Of a stretch of 55,294 nt of DNA, positions 11,867 to 24,900 are shown piece after piece. The stretch lies in NCBI GenBank assembly GCA_000388065.2, contig KB932203.1, one strand, 5' to 3'. This DNA comes from Fonticula alba ATCC 38817. Lineage: Eukaryota > Protista > Nucleariida. Both the position numbers and the translations under genes were made by a program. The first letter of the stretch is position 1. Every line of letters starts with the position of its first letter. A model generated the notes under the pieces. The model worked only from the letters and a program-made list of their open reading frames with translations, had not been told where the DNA came from and ran no database searches.

Positions 11867-12679
11867 TGGGACTCACAGGGTGAGAAATTGCCAAGGGGGG
11901 AGGGTTACGGTGCTGGCGCCGGGTCTGGCCACCGAGGGCCAAGGACAGGCCGGAGCGATGTCACAGGGCAGGGCGCTGCCGGCTATGGGGTGTCACAAGC
12001 GGCAGGCATCAAAAGATGGTGCAGGGGAAAGCAAGCGCGAGGTCCCCGAACAAAGCAGGGTCCCGAAAAGGCGGAGCGGCGGCAGGCGGAGAAGGGGCTC
12101 GGGCTCTGGAGGAGGGAGGAGGGGGGGGGGGAGGGGGGCAAACACAGGGAGAGGGTGAGCCCTCGGTGGTCGGGGAGCCGCGGCCTGGGGGCCTCTAATA
12201 AGGCCGCCCGCGGCGTCGGCAATACCCCGCTGCCGCCCCCCTGGTCGGGCCTGATAGGCGTAGCTGGCGCCATCAGCCCCCCTCCCGATCTTGGAGGGGC
12301 CCAGCGGGGGCCAACAGGACCAGGAAATGCCGCCCACCCGACTGTGGGTGTAGAGAGGGAGGGGCCTGGGCAACAACAGCCCGGACCGCGATCCGGTTCC
12401 ACGGGCCAAAGTCCATATGTGCCGGTCCCCCTGCCCCGGCCCAGGGCCCCCGGCCCGGACGGAGACCGTGGTTGCGGTCATGGGCGCGTGGCCAAGTGCC
12501 CACGCTCTGGAGACTGTGGACTATGCGGCGGCTCCGTGCCCACGGACGGGTTTGCCAATCATTTGGCCGGGGGCGGGCGCGGAGCATGTCGCGCTGGCCC
12601 CCCCCCCCCCCCCCCCCCCCCCNNNNNNNNNNCCCCCCCCCCCCCCCCAGCCCCCCGTGCCGCCGCCGCCGGCGTCGCA

Positions 12680-14097
12680 TTAAAAGCCCATCCGGTGCCA
12701 GGACCGAACAAAGCGCCGGCGGCGCCCCTCGGTCGGCGAAGCGGTCGGGTCCTCCGGGGCAAGCATGCCGCCAAGGGCCCCGGGGAAGGGGCACTGGTCG
12801 TCTTCATCCTCATCCTCGTCGTCGTCCTCCTCGCCAAACGCCCCGCCGGCGTCGCCCCCCGCCCCCAGGAGTGATGGGTGATCGAGGGCCGCGGCTTCGG
12901 CCACGGTGGCTGGCCGAAGGAAAGCCAGGTCCCCGGTCAGGGGCGCCTCGGGGTCCGACTCCTCTGCCTCCTCGCTGGGAGTCCGGGGGCGACTGCGTGG
13001 TGGCTGTCCCTCGGGGCCCGGTCCCGGGACCAAGCCCCGGAGGAACATGCCTGGCGGCGACGGTGGCGGCCCGGCCGGGGGGCTATCCTGCCCGGGGGGC
13101 GAGCTTCGGGCCAGCGCACCGCTGGAGGTGGCCCGCCGGACTCGAGCCCCGGGGGCCGCGACTGGGCGTGCGCCGCCCGGGTGCACGGCCAAATCCACCG
13201 AGCGCGAAGTGCGCAGTGGCCGGAGGAGATCCACCTCGCCCGGGGCCGCCGCCTGCATTGGGGACCGCTGCAGGGCCGGGGCCCCGGCATCCACCACCTG
13301 GGCCTTCCAGTTGGGTCGGGCCTCGGTATGCAAGCTGCCCGAGTAGTCCTTCGAGTGGAGGGGGCTCCTGTCAACCAGGGTGCTCATGCGATGGGCCATG
13401 CGCCGGGTCGAGCTCCCGGACCCGGCCAGGCCCGGGCTGGCCGCCGGAGTCGAGGCACAACTCCCCTCCGTCGATGTGGCCCACGCCGAGGTCGAGGCCG
13501 ACGGTGTGTAGCCCGGGCCCCGGGCCCCGGCCTGCGACGGGTGACTGGCCAGGAAGTCGATGCTCGGCCCGCCGATGTATGTCACGCTCGGGTATCGCGG
13601 CGTGCCCCAGTGCAGTGACTGGCAGCCCGGGCAGTCGGCCGCCTCGAAGCCGGTGTGGTAATAGGGCTCGCGTCGGGCCCGGGGCCCGGTCTCGGGCCGG
13701 GGGGAGCTGCGTCCCGGGCGGCGCCCCGCCCGGCCGGCCCGGTGCCGGGGTCCGCCGCCTTCGGCGCGGCACCCGGCGCACACCGGGTCAGGCAGGCTGT
13801 CGCAGTACACGCGGATCATGCGCTCGCGTGTGAGCCACCGCCGCTGGGCCACCGTGGCCGGCTCCAACTCGCCGCCCATTGGCAGGGCCTCCGGCGCGGA
13901 CAGTTCCTCCGCCAGCCCCGCGCCCCCGGTGCTGCTGATGCTGCTGATGCTGCCACTACTGCTGGTGCTCATGGCGGCCAGGTCGCCTTCGGAGGCGAAA
14001 ACCGGGTCCAACGAATGCTCCGGCGGGTAGGGTCGAGTCGACGCTGGCCGGGTGACCGTGTCCAGGCCGCGCGTCCTGCCGGCCACTGGCGGGGCGT

Positions 14098-14131
<34 letters not shown>

Positions 14132-15331
14132 CCGGTCGTTGGGGTGAGACATTGCTCGGGGCACGGCGCGGGCGGCTTGAAGAAAGGCTGCAGCCGTCCC
14201 CGGCGCGAACCGGGGCCAAGCATGCGACGTACCGGTGAACCGTTGGCCGTGCGTACCAAAGAGCACACTGAAAAAGGGCCGCCGTCTGGCGGCCCGGGGA
14301 GCCTGCAAGGCGAACACATTTCGCGGCGCGGGCGCTCGCCCCGGGACAAGTCCCTCCGACTGCGCGGCCCCATTGGCCGGGTGATCGGCACTGCCGCCTG
14401 TGCCTGGCACCGCCGGCAGCAGCAACACATCGGCCGGCTCGGCGGCCGGCGCATGGTCGCGACGCCAGCGGCCGCCCCGGCCCGGCTGCCGGCGCTTGGC
14501 TTTCCCCTCGGTCCCCGGGGCTGTCGGTCCCGTGGCAGGCCCGCCGGCCGGGACGGTGGTCCCCTCGGCCAGGAGCTCCCATGCCAGCTGGTGCTGGCTG
14601 GCCCCGGGCGGGGGCACCGGCGGCGCCGGCAGCGGCGGGCCGTCATCGCTCTCAAGCGCCGGCCCGGCTTCGGCCGAGGCCGACAAAAAGTGTCGCATCA
14701 TGGTGTCGGCCCCGCTGACCAGGCAGCGCTGCTCCGCCGGGTTGAGGGTCGTCAGGAAGATGGGGGCCGAGTGGCCCTGGTATCGGCGCGCAAAGCGCCC
14801 CACCGAGCCGGTGTACGTCCGGATGAGCACCCGCTTCAGGGCGTCCGTCAGCGGGGCCAGCCCATGCCCGGTGCCCTCCTTCAGGTACTGTCGGGCCTCC
14901 ATCTGGAAGAGGTACCTCTGCAGGCGCATCGACAGCCGGTGGCCCCACGTCGAGGAGTGCGGGTCCGTCGTGTGCCACCACATCAGGCTCAAGGTGCTCT
15001 GTGCTTTGGGGGGTCAGGAATCTGCGAGCGGCCTCCCCCCCCCCCCCCCACTTCCCCATGCCTCGGCTTGGAAAGAGGCACCAGCCTCGGCGGCCACCCG
15101 CGCCCCTCCTCCGCCCCCTATGGCACGTACGAGACCCAGTTGCTCCAGCACCGCCTCGATCATCTGGCTGTCCGAGGCGATGATCGGCCGGCAGAGGTAC
15201 CCCGTGGCATCGAGATCCAGCTCGATGCGGAACTCCGTCTCCTCGTCACCCAGCTCGGGCTGCGCCTCCAGCGGCGCAAGTTGCAGATCGCCCAGCTCCC
15301 CAGCGGCGATGGCGGCCGCGCGGTGGGGCAT
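12680..15331 (-). CDS. Protein of unknown function (at least 2 exons)
   Basis: Exon 15331-15131 (MPHRAAA...EAVLEQLGL) joins in phase 0 to exon 14998-12680 through a GTACGT...CACAG intron at 15130-14999. The first ~170 aa look globular; the rest is low-complexity with two Cys clusters. No family was recognised, and an upstream exon is possible. Confidence 0.6.
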
Positions 15332-16069
15332 GCTTTCCAGGAGACAAGCGGTCAGAGGAGAGGGCAAAGGGAGCGCGAGAGGGGGGGGGGGCGGGCGAGA
15401 GAGAGAGAGTGAGAGGGAGAGACACATGTAGAGGGGGGGGGCTGTGCTTCGGCATTTCCTGCTCCGTGCCACGGTGGGCCCTCATTGGGGTTGTCCGCAT
15501 ACCGGCCCGTTTGCTCGGCTCGCCGGCAGGTGCCTGGGGACCATGCGTGCTTTTGCGGGCCCTCCGGCCACCGAGCACATTGTGGTGTAAGATGTGCCGT
15601 GTCAAAAGCCCACAATCTCAAACGTCACGCACGATGACACGTGTTCATTCTCGGATCATGACCGCCCTGCCCGAGACGCAAAGCCCGGACCAGTGTCCGC
15701 GACGAACCACGCCCACCCTTGCCGTTTTGGTGCCGGTGGCGACGGCGGCATTCATGACACACGCGCCTCCATCACATTCTGTCTTCCTCCTTCACAGGCA
15801 GGCGGGCACATGAGGGGAACCAAGCGCAGGGGCATGGCAACTCGTGCAGTTCCATGGTCGGGGAGCCGCTTCCCAGGATACAGCTCCCCTCCCGGGGTCT
15901 CTTCCCCCCCCCCCCCCTCCCCCCTTGGGCCTTCATCTGCCTGGCCCAGTCTCACGGAGGACACGGAAGTAGGTGTATTTCACGGTGCGGCGGCCGCATC
16001 CCGGCGGCGCACAGTCGCGGTCACAGCCTCGGCATCAGGACACCGTGGCAGGTGCGAGAGGCTGTGCTT

Positions 16070-19000
16070 TCAATGCTTGGCGGCCGGCTGGGGGCCGCCA
16101 TATGCGGAGGGGACCTGCGACTGGTGCTGGTGCTGGGTATGCTGTGGCTGGTGCGGATGCGGGTGATGGTGATGGTAGTGGGCCGGCGCGTGTGCCGGAT
16201 ACTGCCCGGCGGCCTGCTGGGCATACGGGTGTGTCTGCATGCCGGCGGCCGATGAGCGGCCCCCGCCGCCGCCACCGCCGGCCAGGGCCGGTGAGGTGAG
16301 CGGCGACCCCGCGGCCGAGCCCGGGCCCGAGGGGGCCGGCACATCGGCAAGCGGAGCCGGGGGGATGTGCGCGGCGCCGGGGTCCGCTCGGGCCGGCCGC
16401 TGAAGGCAGTTGCCCACCGGCGACCCGGACGCACCATACTCCAGGGGAAGATGCCGCGCGCCGAAATACTCCAGGCTGAAGCCGGAATTCGGGAACATCA
16501 GCGGCCGCCATTGGGGCGAGTCGCGCCAGTGCTGGTACCGCTCCAGGGAAATGAGCGCCAGCGAGTCGCCCAGGTCCGCCGGTGACAGAGGGACCTCCGA
16601 GGCACCGGCCCCGCCGACCGAGGCGCCCCGGTGAATGGCACTACTGCTGCCGCTGCTGCCGCTGTTGGCGGCGGTGGTGGTGGTGGCGGCGACGCCAGGG
16701 CTCCCGCCGCGCGAGCCGCCCGCGCTCCGAGGCAGGGAGGAATTCTGCGGGCTCAGGATGTCCGGCGGCAGGGCCCCATTGAGCAGGCGCTCCGATGGCA
16801 GGGCCGCCGATTCGAAGACCGCCTCCGGCATCAGGTAGCACGACACCAGCGACCACCAGGGGGAGAAAGACTCCGGCCCGGCGGTGGTCATCGAGGGGTT
16901 GCCACTGACCGCGGCGAAGTTCGGGTCCGACACAAGCCCCGCGATGAAGGAGGCCAGCTCCGGGAACATGCCTTCCGAAGACCCGGCCAGGCGGTTCATC
17001 ATCACCCGCGGGTCCAGCAGCCANNNNNNNNNNNNNNNNNNNNNNNNNNNNNNNNNCTTGTAATGGCATCAGGTAGCACGACACCAGCGACCACCAGGGG
17101 GAGAAAGACTCCGGCCCGGCGGTGGTCATCGAGGGGTTGCCACTGACCGCGGCGAAGTTCGGGTCCGACACAAGCCCCGCAATGAAGGAGGCCAGCTCCG
17201 GGAACATGCCTTCCGAAGACCCGGCCAGGCGGTTCATCATCACCCGCGGGTCCAGCAGCCGGACAATGGGAGCCCGCCGCGGCTGCCCCGGCGGCACCAC
17301 CACGTCCCCGATGACCATGGATCCCTGGCGAATGCTGCCCCGCAGGCGATCGGCCGCCGGGCTGGGCGGCAGTGAGCCGAGGGCCATGGAAAAGCGCAAG
17401 TAGCGCGAGTAGATCCCGGACCGGGGCCCGGTTGACAGGTGGCTGCCTCCGCGCCGGGCCGATGTCTCGCGCAACCGCGCAAGACGATTCCCCCCGAGCA
17501 GGGGAACCAGGCGCCAGCGGACGGCCGGCGGGCCGGCCGGTGCAGGGGCTCCAGGCCCGGCTGTGGCGGCCGCGGCCGCGGCCGCTTGTGCCGCCGCGCG
17601 ATATGCCGCCAGCATGTGCTCCAGTGGCGTTTGGTTCGCCAGGGCCCGGCAAGTGTCGGCCGACACCGCATGCCCGAAGAGGATGGACGACTGTTCCTGC
17701 AGCGTGAGAGCTGCCGGCCATGGCATACCCCGCGCAGGGGGGGGGGGTCGTAAGAGGGGGTGATGCACGGTGAGGAGGGCGCCATGGTGCGGGGTGCGAG
17801 GTGCGGGCGTTGGCGCGAAGGGCAGGCAGCCAAGCAGGCAAGCAAGCAGCCGGGTCTCTCTCCCTCCACGGGAGGCGGCCGGATTACGCACACACATAAA
17901 CGCTGTTGAATTGCACCAGAGCATCCGAGAAGAGGGGATCAATGGAGGCCGCGCTGGAGGCACAGCTGTCCGCCGTCTGCGACAGAGCCTCAAATGTGTG
18001 GACATTGTAATTGATCGAGTCCATGCAGGACATCGGCATCTAAGAGGGAGGCAGAGCGAGGGGGAGGGGGAGGAAAGGGAGGGAAAGGTCAGGAAGGGAC
18101 CAATGCCGAGGACGCGGCCGCGAGCGGGGACACTGGTGCGGCACGCACAGTCAGGAACCCGAAAAGGGCCCGGCCATATGCCATGATGTGCCGGTTGGAT
18201 GTGAAGCCATCGAGGATATCCTGCGAGGGGAGGCCGGTGTCGGCTGCCGGCGGGATAGTGGCCTTTTGGGGACAGGCAATCACCTTCTGGAAGAGGAGGG
18301 CTGTACTTTTCAGGAGGACCGTCGCGCTGGTGGATCGGAGTCGGGGGGGGGGGGGGGGGCCCCAGAGTTTCCTTCGGTTGCTTGTGTCTCGGGCTTTTGC
18401 CCCTGTCTGCCCGCCCTTTTCGGCCCCTCGCCATGCCCCTTCGAGTGCCCTGCCCCGCCGGAAGGCCGGCATATGGCCACATGCGAGTGGCATGCCCGAC
18501 GCACCATGTCCCGATGGAGTAGATGAACCAAGCGTCCGAGTCGAGGCACCGACAGTGCAGCGGATCCGAGGGGAGCCCCTGACGCAGGCAAACCCGGCAC
18601 GAGGGGCAAAGCGAGCACCGGCAGGGCGGCCGAGCCGGCCCGGTGGCCGGAGGGTCCATCGGCCAGTAGGGCATCACTGCCGGTGCCGAATGTAGACGCT
18701 CCGTCTGCAAGGGTCGGAGCTGCTGCCGGCAAGATGGGCAAAGGGACCAGTGGAATTGCGGTGGCATGGCCCGCGCAGCCACCACGATCATGGGCTCCTG
18801 GATCTGGGGGTATATGGGAGGTAAGTGACTGATTGGGGCAACATGTGCTTGTGCTTGTGTGTGCAGCATCTGCGGGCAGCATGTAACAAGGGCAGACTGG
18901 CACATCACTGAGCACGGGCACGTACTTCCACAAAGAGAACCAACTCCTCCATGACCGTGGATAGCTCGCCAAGCAGGAGCAGCAGGAGCTCCAGGGTGGA

Positions 19001-21830
19001 CTGCGATAGGAATTCGGGCAGGAGTTCCATGGCGAGCTCCAGCAGCGCCAGCAATCCGGCCAGAGAAGGAACCGGCGTCGGGACGCCCGACCCATCGGCG
19101 CCAGACTCGCCGCACGGCCTGGCACCCGGGTCCCCGCCTGGGGCAGTGCTCGATGGAGCGCCCGGTGCGGCCCCCGACGGGGGGGCCGGTCTCTGTGATG
19201 GAACCAGCCGCGAGTGGAAGAGGACTCGACGAACCTCCTGCTGCAACTGGCGAATGACCATGCAAATAAACTGTCCCAGCGAGCAAGGGAGGCGCAGGCG
19301 CAGGGGAGAGCCGGATGAGGAGGGAGGGGGAGAAAGGCGTCAGCAAGGAGCAAAGGCGAGGGGGACCGGAAAGCAGGATGGCCGGCTGCAGCGGGAGAGG
19401 CAGCAAAAGCACACGGAACCAGCACGCACTGCCTCAAGGACCGACATGTAGCCCAAACTCAGACACAGGCTCAGCACGGTCCAGGCCAGCCAGAAGGGAT
19501 CCACCGAGCTGGCCGCCACCAGACCGAGGGGGATCAGCGACACGGGGCGCAGCTGGTCTGCCACCGTGGGGGCCGGTGCACTGTTTCCGGGCCCCGAAGC
19601 CCCGACCTCCGGGGCCGTTGGCCCGGGCGTCGCGGTGGCAGCGGGGGTGGCAGCGGCTGCGGCCGCGGCCGCGGCCGCGGCAGCCGCCGTTGCCGCGATG
19701 ACCGCCGCCGAGCCGGCCGAGTGCCCGGGCGCCGCCAAGCGCGGCAGTCGCCTCAGACCCTGATTGACCAGGCGCCCGATCAGATGCGACAGCAAGACCA
19801 ACGGGCTGGCCCCAGCTGGCGGGACCCCGCCCAGGAAGGGACCGAGAGGGTGATGCACCGCCGGGTCCGGGCTGAGAATGGCTGCCGCTGGCGCCGTGGC
19901 CGCCGACCCCGACTCGGGCCCCGCCTTTTGCAAGAGCACTTGCAGGTCCCCCTCCGGCAGGTGCGCCGGCAGCCGAAGCAACTGCAGCACCGACACCACC
20001 GACCCGAGAATGGCCCACGGGCAGAAGGAGGAGGCCGTTTGCGCCAGGAGCCCATTGACCGGGCGCCCGGGGGCCGGGATGGATCGCTGGGCGTGCAGGG
20101 CCCGGGGGACGCCGGTGCCTCCCAGCGTGGCACCCGATTCAGGGCCCCCGATCGACACGCTCAGCAGCATGTCCGCCAGGGCCAGCACCAGCTGCGCCTC
20201 CTCCGAGGGCCTTCCCTCGGCCAGGGCATGCCCGATCCAGCCCACCACCAGTGCCGGTCCGACCGGTGGCCCGGACGGCCGTGCCAGTGGCGGGAACGCC
20301 AACTGGAAGCACAGGTCCAGCGAATGTCGCAAGGTCCCGGGCGCCGCATCCGCCATCAAGGCCAAGACCTGCCACCGGGAGAGGGTCGGCTGGCCGGGGA
20401 AGTCCACCGGCGAGCGAGGCACGCCGCCGGCTTGGCAGGCCGACTGGTCGTCAGCAGGCCCATCATCGACCATGAGCGCCATCATCGCCTGGCGTGAGGC
20501 CGTGGCGCCGAGCAGGTGACACAGGATGGAGCTGGCCAAATCGCGCAGCTGCAGCATGACCATCAGATGGAGCAGTGCCCGCGTCGAATAAGCCGGCCGG
20601 TGCCGCGGCACCGGCCGGCTCTTATCCTCGGCCTCTTCCGCCTCGGACTCCAGCAGGCCGAAGGGCGCGGCCAAGTCCCGCAGGGAGGACCCGACCACCG
20701 GGTCCATGAAGCCCGACAGTCGCAGGAGCGAAAAGACCGTCTGTGATTGGCCCGACGAAGTGCGACGGGCCGCATCACCGGCAGCGGCAGTGACAGGCGC
20801 AGCAGCATCAGCAGGAGAAGCAGCATCAGGGAGCTTGGTCAGTGTCTTATCCACGAGGACAGCACGGGCGCCGCCAGGAGAAAGGCAAACGGGCATGCTG
20901 ATGCTGAGCGTTGTCGCTCCTCCGCCCCCCCCCCCCCCCTCCCTCCCTACCGCCCCTTTTGTTTTACGCCGCCCGGCTGCCTCACGCACCGCAAGGCACC
21001 GGAGCCAAAGAATGCCCATCAGCCCCGGGGGCTGGGTCTTGTTGGGCCGGAAGGAGGGCCCGCTGCCGGTGTAGCCGGCCAGCTGGAAGAGCGGCGCCAG
21101 GGCCAGCGGGCCCCCGCACAGGCGGACAAGTGACCCGCACAGGCGGAGAAAGTCCACCCCGTGGGACGTATCCCCGGGGCCCGAGACAAAGTGCAGCCCG
21201 GCGTCCGGGGCCGGGTCGCCGCCGAAAGAGTGGGCAGCAGCCGCCCGGCGCCGGGCCCCGGCCGCCCGCTGCATCTCGGCGCAGGCGTCACACTGCCGGC
21301 CGGCCGAGCTGGTCGGGGCATTGCCGGTGACATTTGTCGCCTCCATGACCCGCGACCAGAGGATCGAATTCGGGACCAGAAGACAAGTGACCAGAGCCAG
21401 GGCATCCAGCCGCCGGGCCAGCTCGGCCGGCAGCCCAGTCCAAGCAAGCGGTCCGGGACATGGGCCTCCTGCGCAGGTGCCCAGCCTAGGCGAGGGCATC
21501 CCCTCGGTCTCGGCGCCCCCCGGAGATGGCCACTCAGGCGACTCGGGACCCGGAGAAGGAGCCGCCTGCGGCCAGTGACGGGGAAGCATGCCCGCCACAA
21601 AGCTCACCGGGTCCCCGTCCTCCGGCGCAAGGAGATGCTGGGCCAGGGGCCGGACTGCGCGCAGGGCCAGCGTGGCCAGCCCCTCGGCCGTGAGCAGACG
21701 CCCGGCTGCGCTATTGGCCAGCTGAGTCTGGCAGACAAGCATCACCCCGAGCGCACAGGCGGTCTGGCGAATGGCCGGATCTTTTGTCCCACATCAGCAG
21801 GCAGACCATGGGCAGGACATTGATGCATAC

Positions 21831-21861
<31 letters not shown>

Positions 21862-21875
21862 TGTGCGTGTGAGTA

Positions 21876-21907
<32 letters not shown>

Positions 21908-24900
21908 GCGAGATGCACAGGCAGTCGCTTGCAGGCGCCCATTCCCACTGCAGTTTTAAGGGGCCGGTCACACGCGACAGGCGCACGAGGAGGGACAAAC
22001 AGCGAGACGCACCTTCATCGATGATGAGGTAGGCCAGAGACTGGGTGAGGAGCTCCGGCACTCGGACACTCAGCCCGGTGCTGCTTGTCGAGGTCCCATG
22101 GTGCGGGTTGACCCATACCAGGTCCTCCGACGAGGAGGCCAGCGCATCGGCCAGTCGGGTCAGGATGAACGACAGCTCGGGCGTGGAGAAGAGCCTTTCC
22201 GAAGGGGGAGGCGGGGGGAGGGGGAGACCCAACCGAGAGTCATGTCAACGAATGACCAGCATGAGGCCAATGCCCAACGCCAGGAACAGCACGCTAAAGA
22301 GCCAGACAATAACATACCCAGCAGCCGTGGTTTCCAAGAAGCAGCGCAGGGATTCCATGAAGATGAGTGGGAGCTCCATCGGCGGGCAATACGCCAGCAG
22401 CGTCACCATCGAGGAGACCACCTGGAAAATGTGCTCCCGCCGGTCGCCGGCCGGCAGGAAAGGCATCGGCCCAGACCCACTCGGCGGGAGGGCCGTCGGG
22501 GTGCCGGCAACCCCGCTCCCAGTGCCGCCGCCAGCGCCTTTGCCGAAATCATAGACATGAGCCTCGCCATTGGCGGGCCCGCCAGGCCCCCCGGGGCCGT
22601 GGGCAACAAACGCCCCCTGCGCCGGGGAGGTGGACGCCAACAGACACCGGAAGTCATCCAGGGTCAGAGACACCCGCGGAAGCCCGGCCGGAGGGAGCAG
22701 CCGCCCGGACCCGGTGCGCCGCATGACCGTCACCGCATTGCGGAGCTGCCGGATGCCGGCGGGGTTGCCGCCGCGCAGCCCCTCCGGGGCCAGCACCGCA
22801 CTGGCGGTCTCCGAGCAGATCAGGCAAAACAGCCGACTCAGCAGCGGACAAAGGACCTGCAGGCTGCCCTGGAACTGGTCGCGAAGCTGACGAAAGCCAG
22901 GACACCGGCCCCCGCGAGCGCACGGGAAGTCGCATGTGAGCCACGGGTGAAAGAGGAAAAAATGCAACAAACCCAGCCGTCGGACAGCCGCATGATGGGC
23001 GCACCATTTGAAGGACCGTGCCCCGCACGGAGTGGATGTGCGATGCCGGGAAGAGCCCGGACGCGACCAAGTCCTCGACCATCTGGCAGACGGACCGGCT
23101 GGCCACCAGCGGACAAAAGGGCATCCACTCGGCTGCCGGCGCGGCTCCCGGGTCGACGACCATCTCGCGGAAGGGCTCCGCCTGTGGACAGTAGCCTCGC
23201 AAGAACCCCAGGTCGCAGGCAACCCCCATGGCCGAGGCATGGTCCACGGCTGGGGGTGGCCGTGTGCGAAGCTGCGTGCACACCTTGATGATGGTCAGGC
23301 CGAGCTACATGACCCCGGCGGGGCAGGGAATGGATGCATGTGGCCATAGATGCATGTGGCCATAGATGCATGTCGGTGTGCTTGTGTCAGTGGCCGAGGT
23401 GAGGCCAGTAAGAGGGTGGGGGGGGGGAGAGAGAACTCCGGAAAAAGAGCACACAGCACGCACCTCAATGGCCGACGTCAGTAGCCCCAGGTTCAGGCAG
23501 CTGTGCGTCAGGTCCAGCGCAAGGTGCAGGGCCCCGCAGCCACCGACAAAGGGCCCGGCATGGGGCTCGGCCAGGTGCCACTCCAGGTGGGCCATGGTGT
23601 GCCGCACATACTGATGCAGTGCAACCGGGGTCGACGCCACCAGGGCCGGGGCATGCCGGCAGGGGAACTTCTCCGCGTCAAAGAGAGCGGCCGAATGCCC
23701 GGACCCCAGGGCCGAGTCGGGGCCCGTGCCCCGGGGACACGAGCAAGCCGCCACCAACTGCCCTCGAGCCATGCGCTGCTCCATGAGGGTCACCTGCGTC
23801 TCGGCCGGCTCCACGGGCGTCCCGTCCAGCAGGCAGCCTACCGCCTCGGCCGGCAGGATATTGTCCAGGAAGAAGAGCGCCCAGCAGGGCCGCGGCGGGG
23901 GTGTCAGGTCGGGCCCGAGCCCGGGGGCGGGAGGGGGGGTCGTGGAGGCGGGAGTCCCTGGCGAAGTCTCGCCCGGGGTGCTGGCCATCGCACTGGCCGA
24001 ACCGCCGCCGCCGCCGCCGCCGCCCGGGGCCCGAGTGCGACCGCTGTCATCCGTGGCATCGGGCATTTCGCCCGGGCCGTGGCACTCGGCCGCCCCCCGG
24101 GCGCCTAGACCTCCGGAAATGAGGCTCCGCATGAAGCTGCGCCAGGAGAATATTCCCATACTCGACAGCACCGACACCAAGCATGCCAGACTCAGGGCCG
24201 ATTGGAAGAGTCCGCCCCCGGGGCGCAGGGGGCCGCCAGGCTGGGTCGGCGGCCCGAGCCGGGTAACCGACGTCCCGGAGCCCGGCACCGGCGGCGACAT
24301 GGACCCCGGCGGGAGGATTTCCATCCACCCCCCCTGGAGCAGGCGCTCGAGGAACGCCTGAACCATGGCCGCCCGGCGCTGCCGCCGCCCGGCCAACTGC
24401 CTCGCGCACACCGGACAAAGCTGCCCACCCACCGGGGCAACTGGCACCCGGCCCGGCGATTCCGCCGCCTGGCCCGGCCCAGCCGCCTGGCGAGGCGCCG
24501 CCTGCTCCAAGTAGGCACATCGCTGGCAGGACCCCCCACCAGGGGGCTGTTGCACCTCGCCAGCGTGGGCAATCAGCTCGCGCAGCATCAGCCCGCAAAA
24601 AATGAGGCACCCCGGAGCCCGGGTGGCCAGGGTCGGCGGCTGCACCCTCAGTGTATGCTCCGACGTCAGGGGGCTCACGGACACCGACAGCAGCCCGGAC
24701 CAGACACAAAGCAGCCGCACGGCCACCGGGAACTGGCCCTCCCCGGCATTTCGAGCGATGTCCCGCAGACGCTGGATCAGGTCCACCGGCGTGGAGGATG
24801 TCATGGCTGCCAGCGACAGTTGCGACAGGAAACTGTGCTGCCCGGCACTGACCGGCTCCAGGAGCGCACCACTCGAGGGGGGGCCCGGCACCGCTGTCGA

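Noticed and set aside
15638-15643. CACGTG E-box about 310 bp upstream of the orphan gene, a possible target of the local bHLH factor
   Set aside because: A single hexamer without the Cbf1-type T flank is expected by chance in 55 kb.
22195-22317. Apparent C-terminal transmembrane helix YVIVWLFSVLFLALGIGLMLVIR in ORF 22245..23240
   Set aside because: It falls in a GTATGT...AAG intron whose removal joins the flanking MED12 exons in phase 2, so it is neither a membrane anchor nor a gene end.
23334-23372. Short 16-bp tandem repeat (GATGCATGTGGCCATA, about 2.4 copies)
   Set aside because: It is intronic, has no spacers or terminal repeats, and shows no sign of CRISPR or mobile-element origin.
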